Positions 1 through 7,844 of a stretch of DNA of 32,000 nucleotides are shown here, one piece after another (the first letter of the stretch is position 1; every line of letters starts with the position of its first letter). The notes below the pieces were generated by a model. It made no database searches. It was not told the DNA's origin and was given only the letters and a program-made list of their open reading frames with translations. Position numbers and translations under genes: made by a program. Where the stretch lies: positions 750,001 through 782,000 of the forward strand of contig NC_006138.1 of NCBI RefSeq assembly GCF_000025945.1. The letters run 5' to 3'. The DNA comes from Desulfotalea psychrophila LSv54. GTDB taxonomy: Bacteria > Desulfobacterota > Desulfobulbia > Desulfobulbales > Desulfocapsaceae.

Positions 1-1253
1 GCATGTTTACAGAGATCAATTCTTTTCGGATTGATAACAATCAGCTTTGCGCCTCGGCGAACAGCATCCTTTATCTGCAGGGCGATAATTGGATGGGCGG
101 CGGTGGTATTGGTACCAATCGCCAGGATTACCTGAGCATCGCCAATTTCGGCAATGGAGTTTGTCATTGCGCCGCTTCCAAAAGCAGTGGCCAGACCGGC
201 CACGGTGGGAGCGTGTCACAAACGGGCGCAGTGATCTATATTGTTGGTTTTCATCACCGTGCGGGTAAATTTTTGCAGGAGGTAGTTTTCCTCGTTGGTG
301 CATTTGGCAGAGGAGACTGCGGCAAAGCTATCACCCTTGTTCTTGGCAAAATTGTCGGCAATGAGATCAAGGGCCTCATCCCAGCTTACCGGCACAAAAC
401 CTTCGGGCCTGCGCACCATGGGGGTGGTGAGTCGTTCCTTTGAGTTGACATAGTTAAAACCAAAGCGGCCCTTAACGCAGAGGCGGCCCCTATTGGCTGG
501 ATTACCATGTTCGCCCCGGGCGCTTACTATCTTGTTATCGCGTACCCCCAGATCAAGTCCACATCCACAGCCACAGTAGGCGCAGACGGTTTTAACCCAG
601 TGGCTCGGCTTAACATAATCTTTTTCAGTAAGGGCTCCCACCGGACAGCGGGCAACACATTCTCCGCAGGATTCGCAGTTAGAGAGGATCCTGGCCTTGT
701 CGCCAAAACCGGCTACCTTGGTTGTCAGACCACGGTAGGCAAAGTCGATGGCGTTGATGTTTTGCAATTCGTCACAGGTACGTATGCAGATACCGCAGAG
801 CACGCATCTATTGGGATCGAAGTCAAAAAACGGGTTGGAGTCATCTATGGGCAGAAGTACCTCCGGCTTTTTCAGGCGAGCCAGATGTTTTTTGTTCACC
901 CCGATATAGTCTGCTGCCTGCTGGAGTTTGCAGGTGGTGTTGCGGGCACAGGCCAGACAGTCCATGTCATGGTCGGCAATGAGCAGTTCAATGGCAATTT
1001 TTCGGGTTTTGGCAATTGTCTCTGTCTCTGTCTCAATGACCATGCCTTCTTCCACGGGGGTCTTGCAGGAGAGGGCATCCCAACGACCGTTTACCCGCAC
1101 GGTGCAGAGGCGACAGGCTCCCACTGGTTCGAGATCGTTATGGTAGCAGAGATGGGGGATATAGATTCCCTTCTGCAGGGCAGCCTGGAGGACATAGCTC
1201 CCCTCGGGGGCAGTTACGGAACGGCCGTTAATCGTTAGTGTTACTTTCTTCAT
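1..1253 (-). CDS. fdhA: Formate dehydrogenase catalytic (alpha) subunit, selenocysteine-containing. NuoG-like N-terminal Fe-S domains are fused to a molybdopterin domain. Partial: the C-terminal part runs off the window start.
   Basis: Track ORF 216-1253 has a 2Fe-2S ferredoxin-like N-terminus ([17 protein letters not shown]), [14 protein letters not shown], two 4Fe-4S motifs ([23 protein letters not shown]) and a MopB-type cluster ([10 protein letters not shown]). It ends ...IDHCARL at TGA 216-218. My hand translation of the same frame past the TGA stays open to the window edge: [71 protein letters not shown]. This gives the conserved C-A-R-[VL]-U-H-x-P-[ST]-V Sec active-site motif of FdhF/FdhA enzymes. 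Confidence 0.9.
187..203 (-). promoter_or_regulatory. SECIS-like hairpin (selenocysteine insertion element) downstream of the fdhA UGA
   Basis: The mRNA reads UGA-CACGCUCCCACC-GUGGCC-GGUCU-GGCCAC. This is a perfect 6-bp stem with a 5-nt loop containing GGUC, starting 12 nt after the UGA. Geometry and loop resemble the E. coli fdhF SECIS. Confidence 0.6.
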
Positions 1254-1256
1254 ATA

Positions 1257-3140
1257 TTATTCTCCCAACCCATTACCGGGGATGCAGCTAACTGCGGCCC
1301 ATTTTTTCGGACATTTTTCCAGACAAACTCCGCAACGGATACAGAGTGCTTGGTCGATTTGATGTACCTGTCTCTTTTCGCCACTGATGGCCGAGACAGG
1401 GCAGGCCCTGGCGCAGGCAGTACAGCCTGTGCATTTTTCAGGGTCGATGTGAAAAGAGATAAGGTCTTTGCATGCACATGCGGGACAGGCCTTGTCGCGG
1501 ATATGAGCCTCGTACTCGTCTCTAAAATATTTAATGGTGGTGAGAACGGGGTTTGCTGCACTCTTGCCCAGTCCGCAGAGAGAACCAGCGTTAACTGCCT
1601 CGCCCACCTCAAGAAGTAGCTCTATGTCTCCCTCTTTGCCGCGACCGGCGACAATATCTTCAAGGATGTTGAGCATCTGTTTGGTGCCAAGCTTGCAGAG
1701 GGTGCACTGGCCGCAGGACTCTTTTTGGGTGAAATCGAGAAAATATCGGGCAATGTCCACCATACAGGTTGACTCATCCATGACCACCAGTCCACCGGAG
1801 CCCATCATGGCCCCGGCAGAAACCAGAGAGTCATAATCCACAGGGGTATCAAGGGTGTGGGCGGGAAGGCAGCCACCGGAGGGGCCACCGGATTGAATGG
1901 CCTTGAAGGGACTTTCACCGACCATCCCACCACCCAGCTCAAAGACGATTTCACGCAGGGTGGTGCCCATGGGGACTTCGATGAGTCCGCAGTGCTTGAC
2001 CATTCCGGTCAGGGCAAAGACAGCGGTACCCTTGCTCTTCTCGGTACCGATGGCGGCAAAGCTTTCACCGCCGCTGTTGATAATCTTGGGGACATAGGCA
2101 AAGGTCTTTACGTTATTGAGCAGGGTTGGCTTGTCAAAGAGACCCTCGTCGGTGGTACGGGGGCGGGGAGAGGCCTTGGGCATGCCGCGGTAGCCCTGGA
2201 TGGATTGGGTGAGTGCCGTCGATTCCCCGCAGACAAAGGCCCCTGCTCCCTGGAATAGTTCGATGTCAAAGGAGAAGTCTGTGCCGAGGATGTTGGCTCC
2301 GAGGAGGTTTTTCTCCTTGGCCTGATCGATGGCATTTTGCAATCGGGCAATGGCAAGGGGGTATTCTGCCCGGACATAGATATAGCCTTTTTCAGAACCA
2401 ATGGTGAGGCCGGCAATGGCCATGCCCTCAAGAACTGCATGGGGATCACCCTCGAGCACGGATCGATCCATGAAGGCTCCGGGGTCACCTTCATCTGCGT
2501 TACAGACCACATATTTAGGGTGACCTGTAGCTTTCCTGCCCGCCTCCCACTTGCGGGCAGCAGGGAAGCCGCCACCGCCGCGACCGCGTAGGGCAGATTT
2601 TTTTATCTCGGTAAGTACCATGTCAGGGCCCTCTTGCAGGGACTTTTCCAGGGCCAGGTAGCCATCATGGACGAGGTAGTGCTCTATATTGGTGGGGTCG
2701 GTAAAGCCGAAGCTGGCAAAGAGAATTCTTTTTTGCCGGGCAAATTCTGGCTTTTCATCAAGGTATGGCAATTCCTTTTCCCGTTCAATGCCATCTTCTG
2801 GGACGGCAGCAAAGAGATAGTCACGGGGAATCTCTCCTGTTTGCAGGTAGCCAGTCACCAGTTCTTCCGCCCTCTCTCCGTCGACATTTTGAAAGAAGAG
2901 CTTGGTCTTGCCGGGTCTGGCAATACAGATCAGGGGCTCTGTGTAACAGGGGCCAAAGCAACCCACCTCGACAATTTCAGCCTTAACATTTTGTTTTGCC
3001 AGCTCTGTCTCAAAGGCTTTTTTGGTTTTTAGGGCGCCGGCGGAACGTCCACAGGTTGCAGCTCCAATATAGATAACGGTGCCCTTTATAAGTGACTGCC
3101 AGTTCGCCTCTGCCTGCTGTCGTATCTCTTTAATCGTCAT
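1257..3140 (-). CDS. NuoF-like NAD(P)H-binding flavoprotein subunit (HydB/HndC-type). It has an N-terminal thioredoxin-like 2Fe-2S domain and a C-terminal 2x[4Fe-4S] ferredoxin domain.
   Basis: Motifs: GRGGGGFPAARKWE (FMN/NADH site), ESCGQCTLCKLGT (N3 cluster), and C-terminal CTGCTACARACP...CIRCGVCLEKCP. I prefer ATG 3140 (MTIKEIRQQ) because GAAGGAAGAGG sits just upstream. The track ORF extends to 3170. The stop is 3 nt before the fdhA start. Confidence 0.9.
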   Translation of the reverse strand: MTIKEIRQQAEANWQSLIKGTVIYIGAATCGRSAGALKTKKAFETELAKQNVKAEIVEVGCFGPCYTEPLICIARPGKTKLFFQNVDGERAEELVTGYLQTGEIPRDYLFAAVPEDGIEREKELPYLDEKPEFARQKRILFASFGFTDPTNIEHYLVHDGYLALEKSLQEGPDMVLTEIKKSALRGRGGGGFPAARKWEAGRKATGHPKYVVCNADEGDPGAFMDRSVLEGDPHAVLEGMAIAGLTIGSEKGYIYVRAEYPLAIARLQNAIDQAKEKNLLGANILGTDFSFDIELFQGAGAFVCGESTALTQSIQGYRGMPKASPRPRTTDEGLFDKPTLLNNVKTFAYVPKIINSGGESFAAIGTEKSKGTAVFALTGMVKHCGLIEVPMGTTLREIVFELGGGMVGESPFKAIQSGGPSGGCLPAHTLDTPVDYDSLVSAGAMMGSGGLVVMDESTCMVDIARYFLDFTQKESCGQCTLCKLGTKQMLNILEDIVAGRGKEGDIELLLEVGEAVNAGSLCGLGKSAANPVLTTIKYFRDEYEAHIRDKACPACACKDLISFHIDPEKCTGCTACARACPVSAISGEKRQVHQIDQALCIRCGVCLEKCPKKWAAVSCIPGNGLGE

Positions 3141-3594
3141 TGGCCTCTTCCTTCTGGTCAAAATATGCATTCATTTTTTTTGGAGTTAAGTTGGCCTCAA
3201 CCTCTTCATTGATCATGACACAGGGAGCAAGGGCACAACAGCCGATGCATGCTGCTGTTTCCAGGGTGTACTCACCATCTTCCGTGGTTTCACCTTCTTT
3301 TATACCAAGGCGTTTTTCAACGCTTGCTATGATCTTTTGAGCCCCTCGTACATGGCAGGCAGTTCCGCGGCAAACGGTGACCTTAGTTTTGCCGACGGGA
3401 GTAAAGCGAAATTGTTCATAAAATGTGGCGACGCCGTAGACGCGACTTTCGGGAATGCGTAAGAAATCGGCGACTTCTCTCATGGCATCTTCCGGCAGGT
3501 AGCCAAATTTGTGTTGGACATTCTGCAGAATGGGAATGAGTTCCATGTCTATGCCTGTGTATGAGTCAAGGATAGTTTTCACGATGTTTTGCAT
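3130..3594 (-). CDS. NuoE-like [2Fe-2S] subunit (24-kDa / HndA-type)
   Basis: CRGTACHVRG ... CIGCCALAPC is the four-Cys motif of the NuoE family. The ORF overlaps the NuoF-like start by 11 nt. Confidence 0.9.
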   Translation of the reverse strand: MQNIVKTILDSYTGIDMELIPILQNVQHKFGYLPEDAMREVADFLRIPESRVYGVATFYEQFRFTPVGKTKVTVCRGTACHVRGAQKIIASVEKRLGIKEGETTEDGEYTLETAACIGCCALAPCVMINEEVEANLTPKKMNAYFDQKEEANDD

Positions 3595-4022
3595 GATTTT
3601 GCTCGCAGAATTGATGTTTTGGGAAAAATAAGTATTGATGATATGGTAGTTGTTACTGCTAATTTATAAAATTTACGTCAATAGTCCAAGGTAAATAAAC
3701 GGGACAGCCTAGAGAACATTGCTTCTAAAGGCTATTTATTTTACACCTAAATTTTTTTTAAGGTGAGAAAGATATTTGCAAAAAGAGGAAAACACATATA
3801 TGATATTTTTTCTTGTTCTTATAGAGAACAAAATAACTATTTTGTGAGATTCGTTCAAAGAAAATGATAGCATGTTGTAGGCGAACTTATAAAAAAAGGT
3901 TGTTTTGTATCTTTATGATGCTAAGAGGGTATTTTTTTTGTATTGTAGCAGGAGTGTATTTATTACAATTATGTGCTGTTTTTGTGAACCATTACTCGTA
4001 ACCTCAATTAGATAAGACTGTT

Positions 4023-4295
4023 ATGATATTTGCGGGATTAAAATTAATGCTGGTCGGGATGACCACAGTACTTCTTTTTCTTATTGCGATGATCTTGCTC
4101 ATCCAACTTATTTCTTACTGTACTCGCGGGTTTGCCCGAAAGGAACTTGATGAGATAGAGGCAACAAGGCGTCGACAGGCTGAAGCAAGAAAGAAGAAGG
4201 CAGCAGCGAAGAGGACAGCAGTGGAAAATGTCGATGAAGATATTGCTGTTATTTCTGCAGCGGTTGCAGCCTTTGAAGCAGAGCGATATGCGTAG
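4023..4295 (+). CDS. oadG: Oxaloacetate decarboxylase gamma-chain-like small membrane subunit
   Basis: 90 aa with one N-terminal TM helix (LKLMLVGMTTVLLFLIAMILLIQLI) and a charged C-terminal tail. It lies directly upstream of oadA/oadB. Confidence 0.6.
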   Translation: MIFAGLKLMLVGMTTVLLFLIAMILLIQLISYCTRGFARKELDEIEATRRRQAEARKKKAAAKRTAVENVDEDIAVISAAVAAFEAERYA

Positions 4296-4354
4296 AGCAA
4301 AGACGCAAATGATAAGAGTTAATTCACCCCTTCCAGTATAAGGAGAATGATCAA

Positions 4355-6145
4355 GTGGGTAAGAAAGTAATTAAATTTATGGACACATCCTTTAGGGATG
4401 GGTTTCAGTCGGTTTTTGGTGCTCGAGTTTTGACCGATGACTTTATGCCAGCGGTAAAGGCATCTGTTGATGCAGGTATTACGCATATTGAGGCTGGTGG
4501 TGGAGCTCGTTTTCAGAGTTTGTTTTTTTACTGCGGTGAGTCTGCCTTTGACATGATGGATCGCTTTCGTGCTGAGGTTGGTCCTGATGTAGAGTTACAG
4601 ACACTTGCTCGGGGTATCAACGTAGTGGCCTTGAGCCAATGTCCACGCGATATTATCGATCTCCATGCCAAAATGTTCAAAAAGCACGGAATGACAACCA
4701 TCCGTAACTTTGATGCTCTTAATGATGTGCATAATCTTGAGTACTCTGGTGCCCGTATTGCTCACCATGGTCTGAAGCATCAGATTGTTGTTTCCATGAT
4801 GGATCTTCCTCCCGGCTGTGAAGGTGCGCATACTGCTGAATTTTATATGGATCGTCTCAAGCAGATAATTGCCGCAGATATCCCCTTTGATTCCATCTGT
4901 TTTAAGGATGCCTCTGGTACCTCGAACCCAAGAAAGGTCTACAATACCTTTAAGATGGCTCGTGCTATTGTTCCTGAGGGTACTATCCTTTGGTTTCATA
5001 CCCATGACACTGCCGGTCTTGCCATTGCCCAAAATATGGCGGCTATTGAGGGTGGTGCAGATGGTATTGATCTGGCCAAAAGCCCCGTTAGTGGCGGTAC
5101 CTGTCAGGCTGATATCCTCTCTCAGATGCATGCTCTGAAGGGCACCGATTATACCCTTGATCTGGATTACGAGAAGGTGCTTGTTGCCTCCGAGGCCTTT
5201 GAGTTGGCAATGAAGGACTACTTCATTCCACCCGAAGCCAAGATGGTCTCTCCCACCGTAACCCTGTCACCAATGCCTGGTGGTGCTCTTACAGCCAATA
5301 CCATGATGATGCGTGATACCGGTACCCTTCATCTCTATCCTCAGGTAATCAAAGAGATGTCTGAGGTGGTGAGACGTGGAGGTTTTGGCACTTCGGTGAC
5401 TCCAGTATCTCAGTTTTATTTTCAACAGGCATATCTTAATGTTACTCAGGGGCGCTGGAAGAAGATCAATCCCAGCTATGGCAATATGGTGCTTGGTTAC
5501 TTCGGTAACACTCCTGTTCCAGCTGATCCGGAGATTGTGGCCCTGGCCTCAAAGCAGCTTGGTAAGCCTGTCTTCACCGATGACCCTCTGGATATTCTTG
5601 AGCCTGGTATTCCTAAGGCCACAAAGATCCTTGAGGAAAATAATCTCCCCGTAAGTGATGAAAATATTTTTATTATTGCCAGTTGCGAGCAAAAGGGTCT
5701 GGACTTCCTTCAGGGTAAGGCTATCACCAGTATTCGTAAGATAACCGACGAGAAGCCCGTTGCCCCTAAGGGCAAGGGCAAGAAAGCAGCTCCGGTTGCC
5801 GCTCCTGTTGGTCCTCGTAGCTATAGTATTACCGTTAACAGTCGTGCCTATGATGTTGTGGTTTCGGAAGGTGGCGCTGTTCAGGCTTCTCCTGCTACGG
5901 CAGCTCCGGCCGCAGCCCCTGTTGCCGTTTCAGGCACAGAGGTTGAGGCTCCTACCCCAGGTAATATCCTCAAGATTTTGGTGGATGTTGGTGACAGCGT
6001 GACTGAGAATCAGCCTCTGCTTGTTATGGAGGCGATGAAGATGGAGTCAGAGGTGACAGCTCCCTGTGCCGGTAAGGTGCTTGCCATTGAGGTAGCTACC
6101 GGTGATACGGTACAGGCTGGAACCGAGCTCCTTATTATTGGCTAA
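4355..6145 (+). CDS. oadA: Oxaloacetate decarboxylase alpha subunit (carboxyltransferase domain plus C-terminal biotinyl carrier)
   Basis: GTG start 8 nt after AAGGAGA. N-terminal FMDTSFRDGFQS and HTHDTAGL motifs match the PYC_OADA carboxyltransferase. An Ala/Pro linker precedes a biotinyl domain with EAMKME (Lys codon 6038-6040). Confidence 0.9.
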   Translation: MGKKVIKFMDTSFRDGFQSVFGARVLTDDFMPAVKASVDAGITHIEAGGGARFQSLFFYCGESAFDMMDRFRAEVGPDVELQTLARGINVVALSQCPRDIIDLHAKMFKKHGMTTIRNFDALNDVHNLEYSGARIAHHGLKHQIVVSMMDLPPGCEGAHTAEFYMDRLKQIIAADIPFDSICFKDASGTSNPRKVYNTFKMARAIVPEGTILWFHTHDTAGLAIAQNMAAIEGGADGIDLAKSPVSGGTCQADILSQMHALKGTDYTLDLDYEKVLVASEAFELAMKDYFIPPEAKMVSPTVTLSPMPGGALTANTMMMRDTGTLHLYPQVIKEMSEVVRRGGFGTSVTPVSQFYFQQAYLNVTQGRWKKINPSYGNMVLGYFGNTPVPADPEIVALASKQLGKPVFTDDPLDILEPGIPKATKILEENNLPVSDENIFIIASCEQKGLDFLQGKAITSIRKITDEKPVAPKGKGKKAAPVAAPVGPRSYSITVNSRAYDVVVSEGGAVQASPATAAPAAAPVAVSGTEVEAPTPGNILKILVDVGDSVTENQPLLVMEAMKMESEVTAPCAGKVLAIEVATGDTVQAGTELLIIG

Positions 6146-6222
6146 CATGCCCACCCTATTTTCTGGCTTCTCTCTTCGGAGGGGAGTCAGGATGTTCTAG
6201 GATTTCTTTCGCAGGATAGATC

Positions 6223-7728
6223 ATGAAAATGCGTTTTTTTGTCAATGTACTCTTCGTCCTCCTGGCCTTCTGTGGTCAGGCAGTAGCGGCGGATGTTGTT
6301 TCTATAGTGTCTCCCGTTGATGCAACCGTTAAGCATGTTGATATGCAGATAGATGGCTATGTGTATAGTGGGGATGCCCTGGTGGTGCTTAAACAGGATG
6401 ATGGCACTATTCTCAGTCTGAAGGCTGGTGTTGCTGGTAAGGTTACCGGTGTAGAAATCCAAGCGTTTCAGAGGGTTACGGCTGGACAGACCTTGGGTCG
6501 CATAGAGGCTTCGGCCATCGTTGTCGACACCCCTGCGGTATCAACGACAAGTCATCTTCCCTCTGTTTCAAAACTTGCCGGCAGGCTTTTTGAGACCACG
6601 GGAATTTATGGTTTTATCGAGGGCCAGACCAAGGATTGGACCATGGGAATTGGTCGAGTCCTGATGATCTGCGTCGGTCTGCTGCTTATCTACCTGGGTA
6701 TCTTTAAGGGCTTTGAGCCACTTTTACTTATTCCTATCGGCTACGGTGCTATCCTCTCCAATATTCCCTTGGCCGGTATTGCCGGCCCCGGTGGTCTCCT
6801 TCACTATATCTATGAAGTTGGTATCATGACCGGTGTTTTTCCTCTGATCATCTTCATGGGCGTTGGTGCCCTGACCGATTTTGGGCCGATGATCGCTAAT
6901 CCTAAGCTCATCCTCCTTGGTGGAGCTGCTCAGTTTGGTATTTTTACCACCCTGCTCGGTGCCCTCTTTTTAAGTGATATGGTCTCAGGAATTAACTTCT
7001 CCCTTCGCGATGCAGCCTCCATTGGTATTATTGGCGGTGCAGATGGGCCTACGGCAATCTTTCTTTCCAGTAAGTTGTCGCCTCGTCTATTAGGCTCTAT
7101 TGCCATTGCTGCCTATTCTTACATGGCCCTTGTGCCTCTTATCCAGCCGCCTATTATGAGGTGGCTGACCACCGAGGATGAGCGACAGATTAAAATGGTC
7201 CAGTTGCGTCATGTTTCAAAGATAGAAAAGATTATTTTGCCTCTTCTGGTGCTTGGTATCTGCGTCCTCCTTCTTCCTTCGGCGGCGCCTCTGATTGGTA
7301 TGTTTATGCTGGGTAATCTGGCCAAGGAGTGTGGTGTGATTGATAGGTTGTCCGATACTATCAAAAATTCACTGATGTATATTGTTACCATCTTTTTAGG
7401 ACTGGGCGTTGGTAGTAAGCTTTCAGCTGAAAAGTTTTTAAATCTTGAAACCCTGGGCATTCTTGCTCTGGGAATGATTGCCTTTGGGATTGGCACCGCT
7501 TCTGGGTTATTGTTGGCAAAACTTATGAATAAATTTTCTAAGACTCCAATTAATCCATTAATAGGCGCAGCTGGAGTTTCTGCTGTACCTATGGCTGCTC
7601 GTGTGGTAAATAAAGTAGGTCTTGAAGCAAATCCTCAAAATCACTTGCTTATGCATGCAATGGGCGCAAATGTGTCTGGTGTTATCGGTTCCGCTGTTGC
7701 TGCGGGTGTTTTGCTTGCTTTGTTGTAG
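6223..7728 (+). CDS. oadB: Na+-translocating decarboxylase beta subunit (OadB family) with a ~115-aa N-terminal extension
   Basis: From about residue 117 it reads like OadB/GcdB/MmdB ([20 protein letters not shown], multiple TM helices to the C-terminus). The N-terminal part is described in findings. Confidence 0.9.
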   Translation: MKMRFFVNVLFVLLAFCGQAVAADVVSIVSPVDATVKHVDMQIDGYVYSGDALVVLKQDDGTILSLKAGVAGKVTGVEIQAFQRVTAGQTLGRIEASAIVVDTPAVSTTSHLPSVSKLAGRLFETTGIYGFIEGQTKDWTMGIGRVLMICVGLLLIYLGIFKGFEPLLLIPIGYGAILSNIPLAGIAGPGGLLHYIYEVGIMTGVFPLIIFMGVGALTDFGPMIANPKLILLGGAAQFGIFTTLLGALFLSDMVSGINFSLRDAASIGIIGGADGPTAIFLSSKLSPRLLGSIAIAAYSYMALVPLIQPPIMRWLTTEDERQIKMVQLRHVSKIEKIILPLLVLGICVLLLPSAAPLIGMFMLGNLAKECGVIDRLSDTIKNSLMYIVTIFLGLGVGSKLSAEKFLNLETLGILALGMIAFGIGTASGLLLAKLMNKFSKTPINPLIGAAGVSAVPMAARVVNKVGLEANPQNHLLMHAMGANVSGVIGSAVAAGVLLALL

Positions 7729-7751
7729 AGACTGCTACCAAACCAAAAACG

Positions 7752-7785
7752 AAAAGGGCCTGTCGCTTAGCGACAGGCCCTTTTT
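7752..7785. terminator. Rho-independent terminator between convergent oadB and the letB-like gene
   Basis: GGGCCTGTCGC-tta-GCGACAGGCCC stem, flanked by an A-run upstream and TTTTT downstream, so it could work in both directions. Confidence 0.75.
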
Positions 7786-7844
7786 GTGTCTAACTCTTCT
7801 CTCCAGATAGCCTTAGGCCTTCCCCTTTTTGCCTGCATTGCCAG

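Noticed and set aside
3-1238. Plus-strand ORFs 3-443 (146 aa), 507-1238 (243 aa) and 928-1146
   Set aside because: They are antisense to fdhA, whose Fe-S and Sec active-site motifs are unambiguous. The products have no motifs and are Gly/Ala/Val-rich mirror translations.
1250-3032. Alternative-frame and antisense ORFs inside the nuoF-like gene (1250-1612, 1534-1836, 1857-2258, 2108-2575, 2634-3032 and others)
   Set aside because: All overlap a 627-aa ORF with clear NuoF motifs. Their translations are low-complexity (R/S/P/G-rich).
4595-5131. 178-aa minus-strand ORF inside oadA
   Set aside because: Antisense shadow of a strongly conserved carboxyltransferase domain, with no recognisable features.
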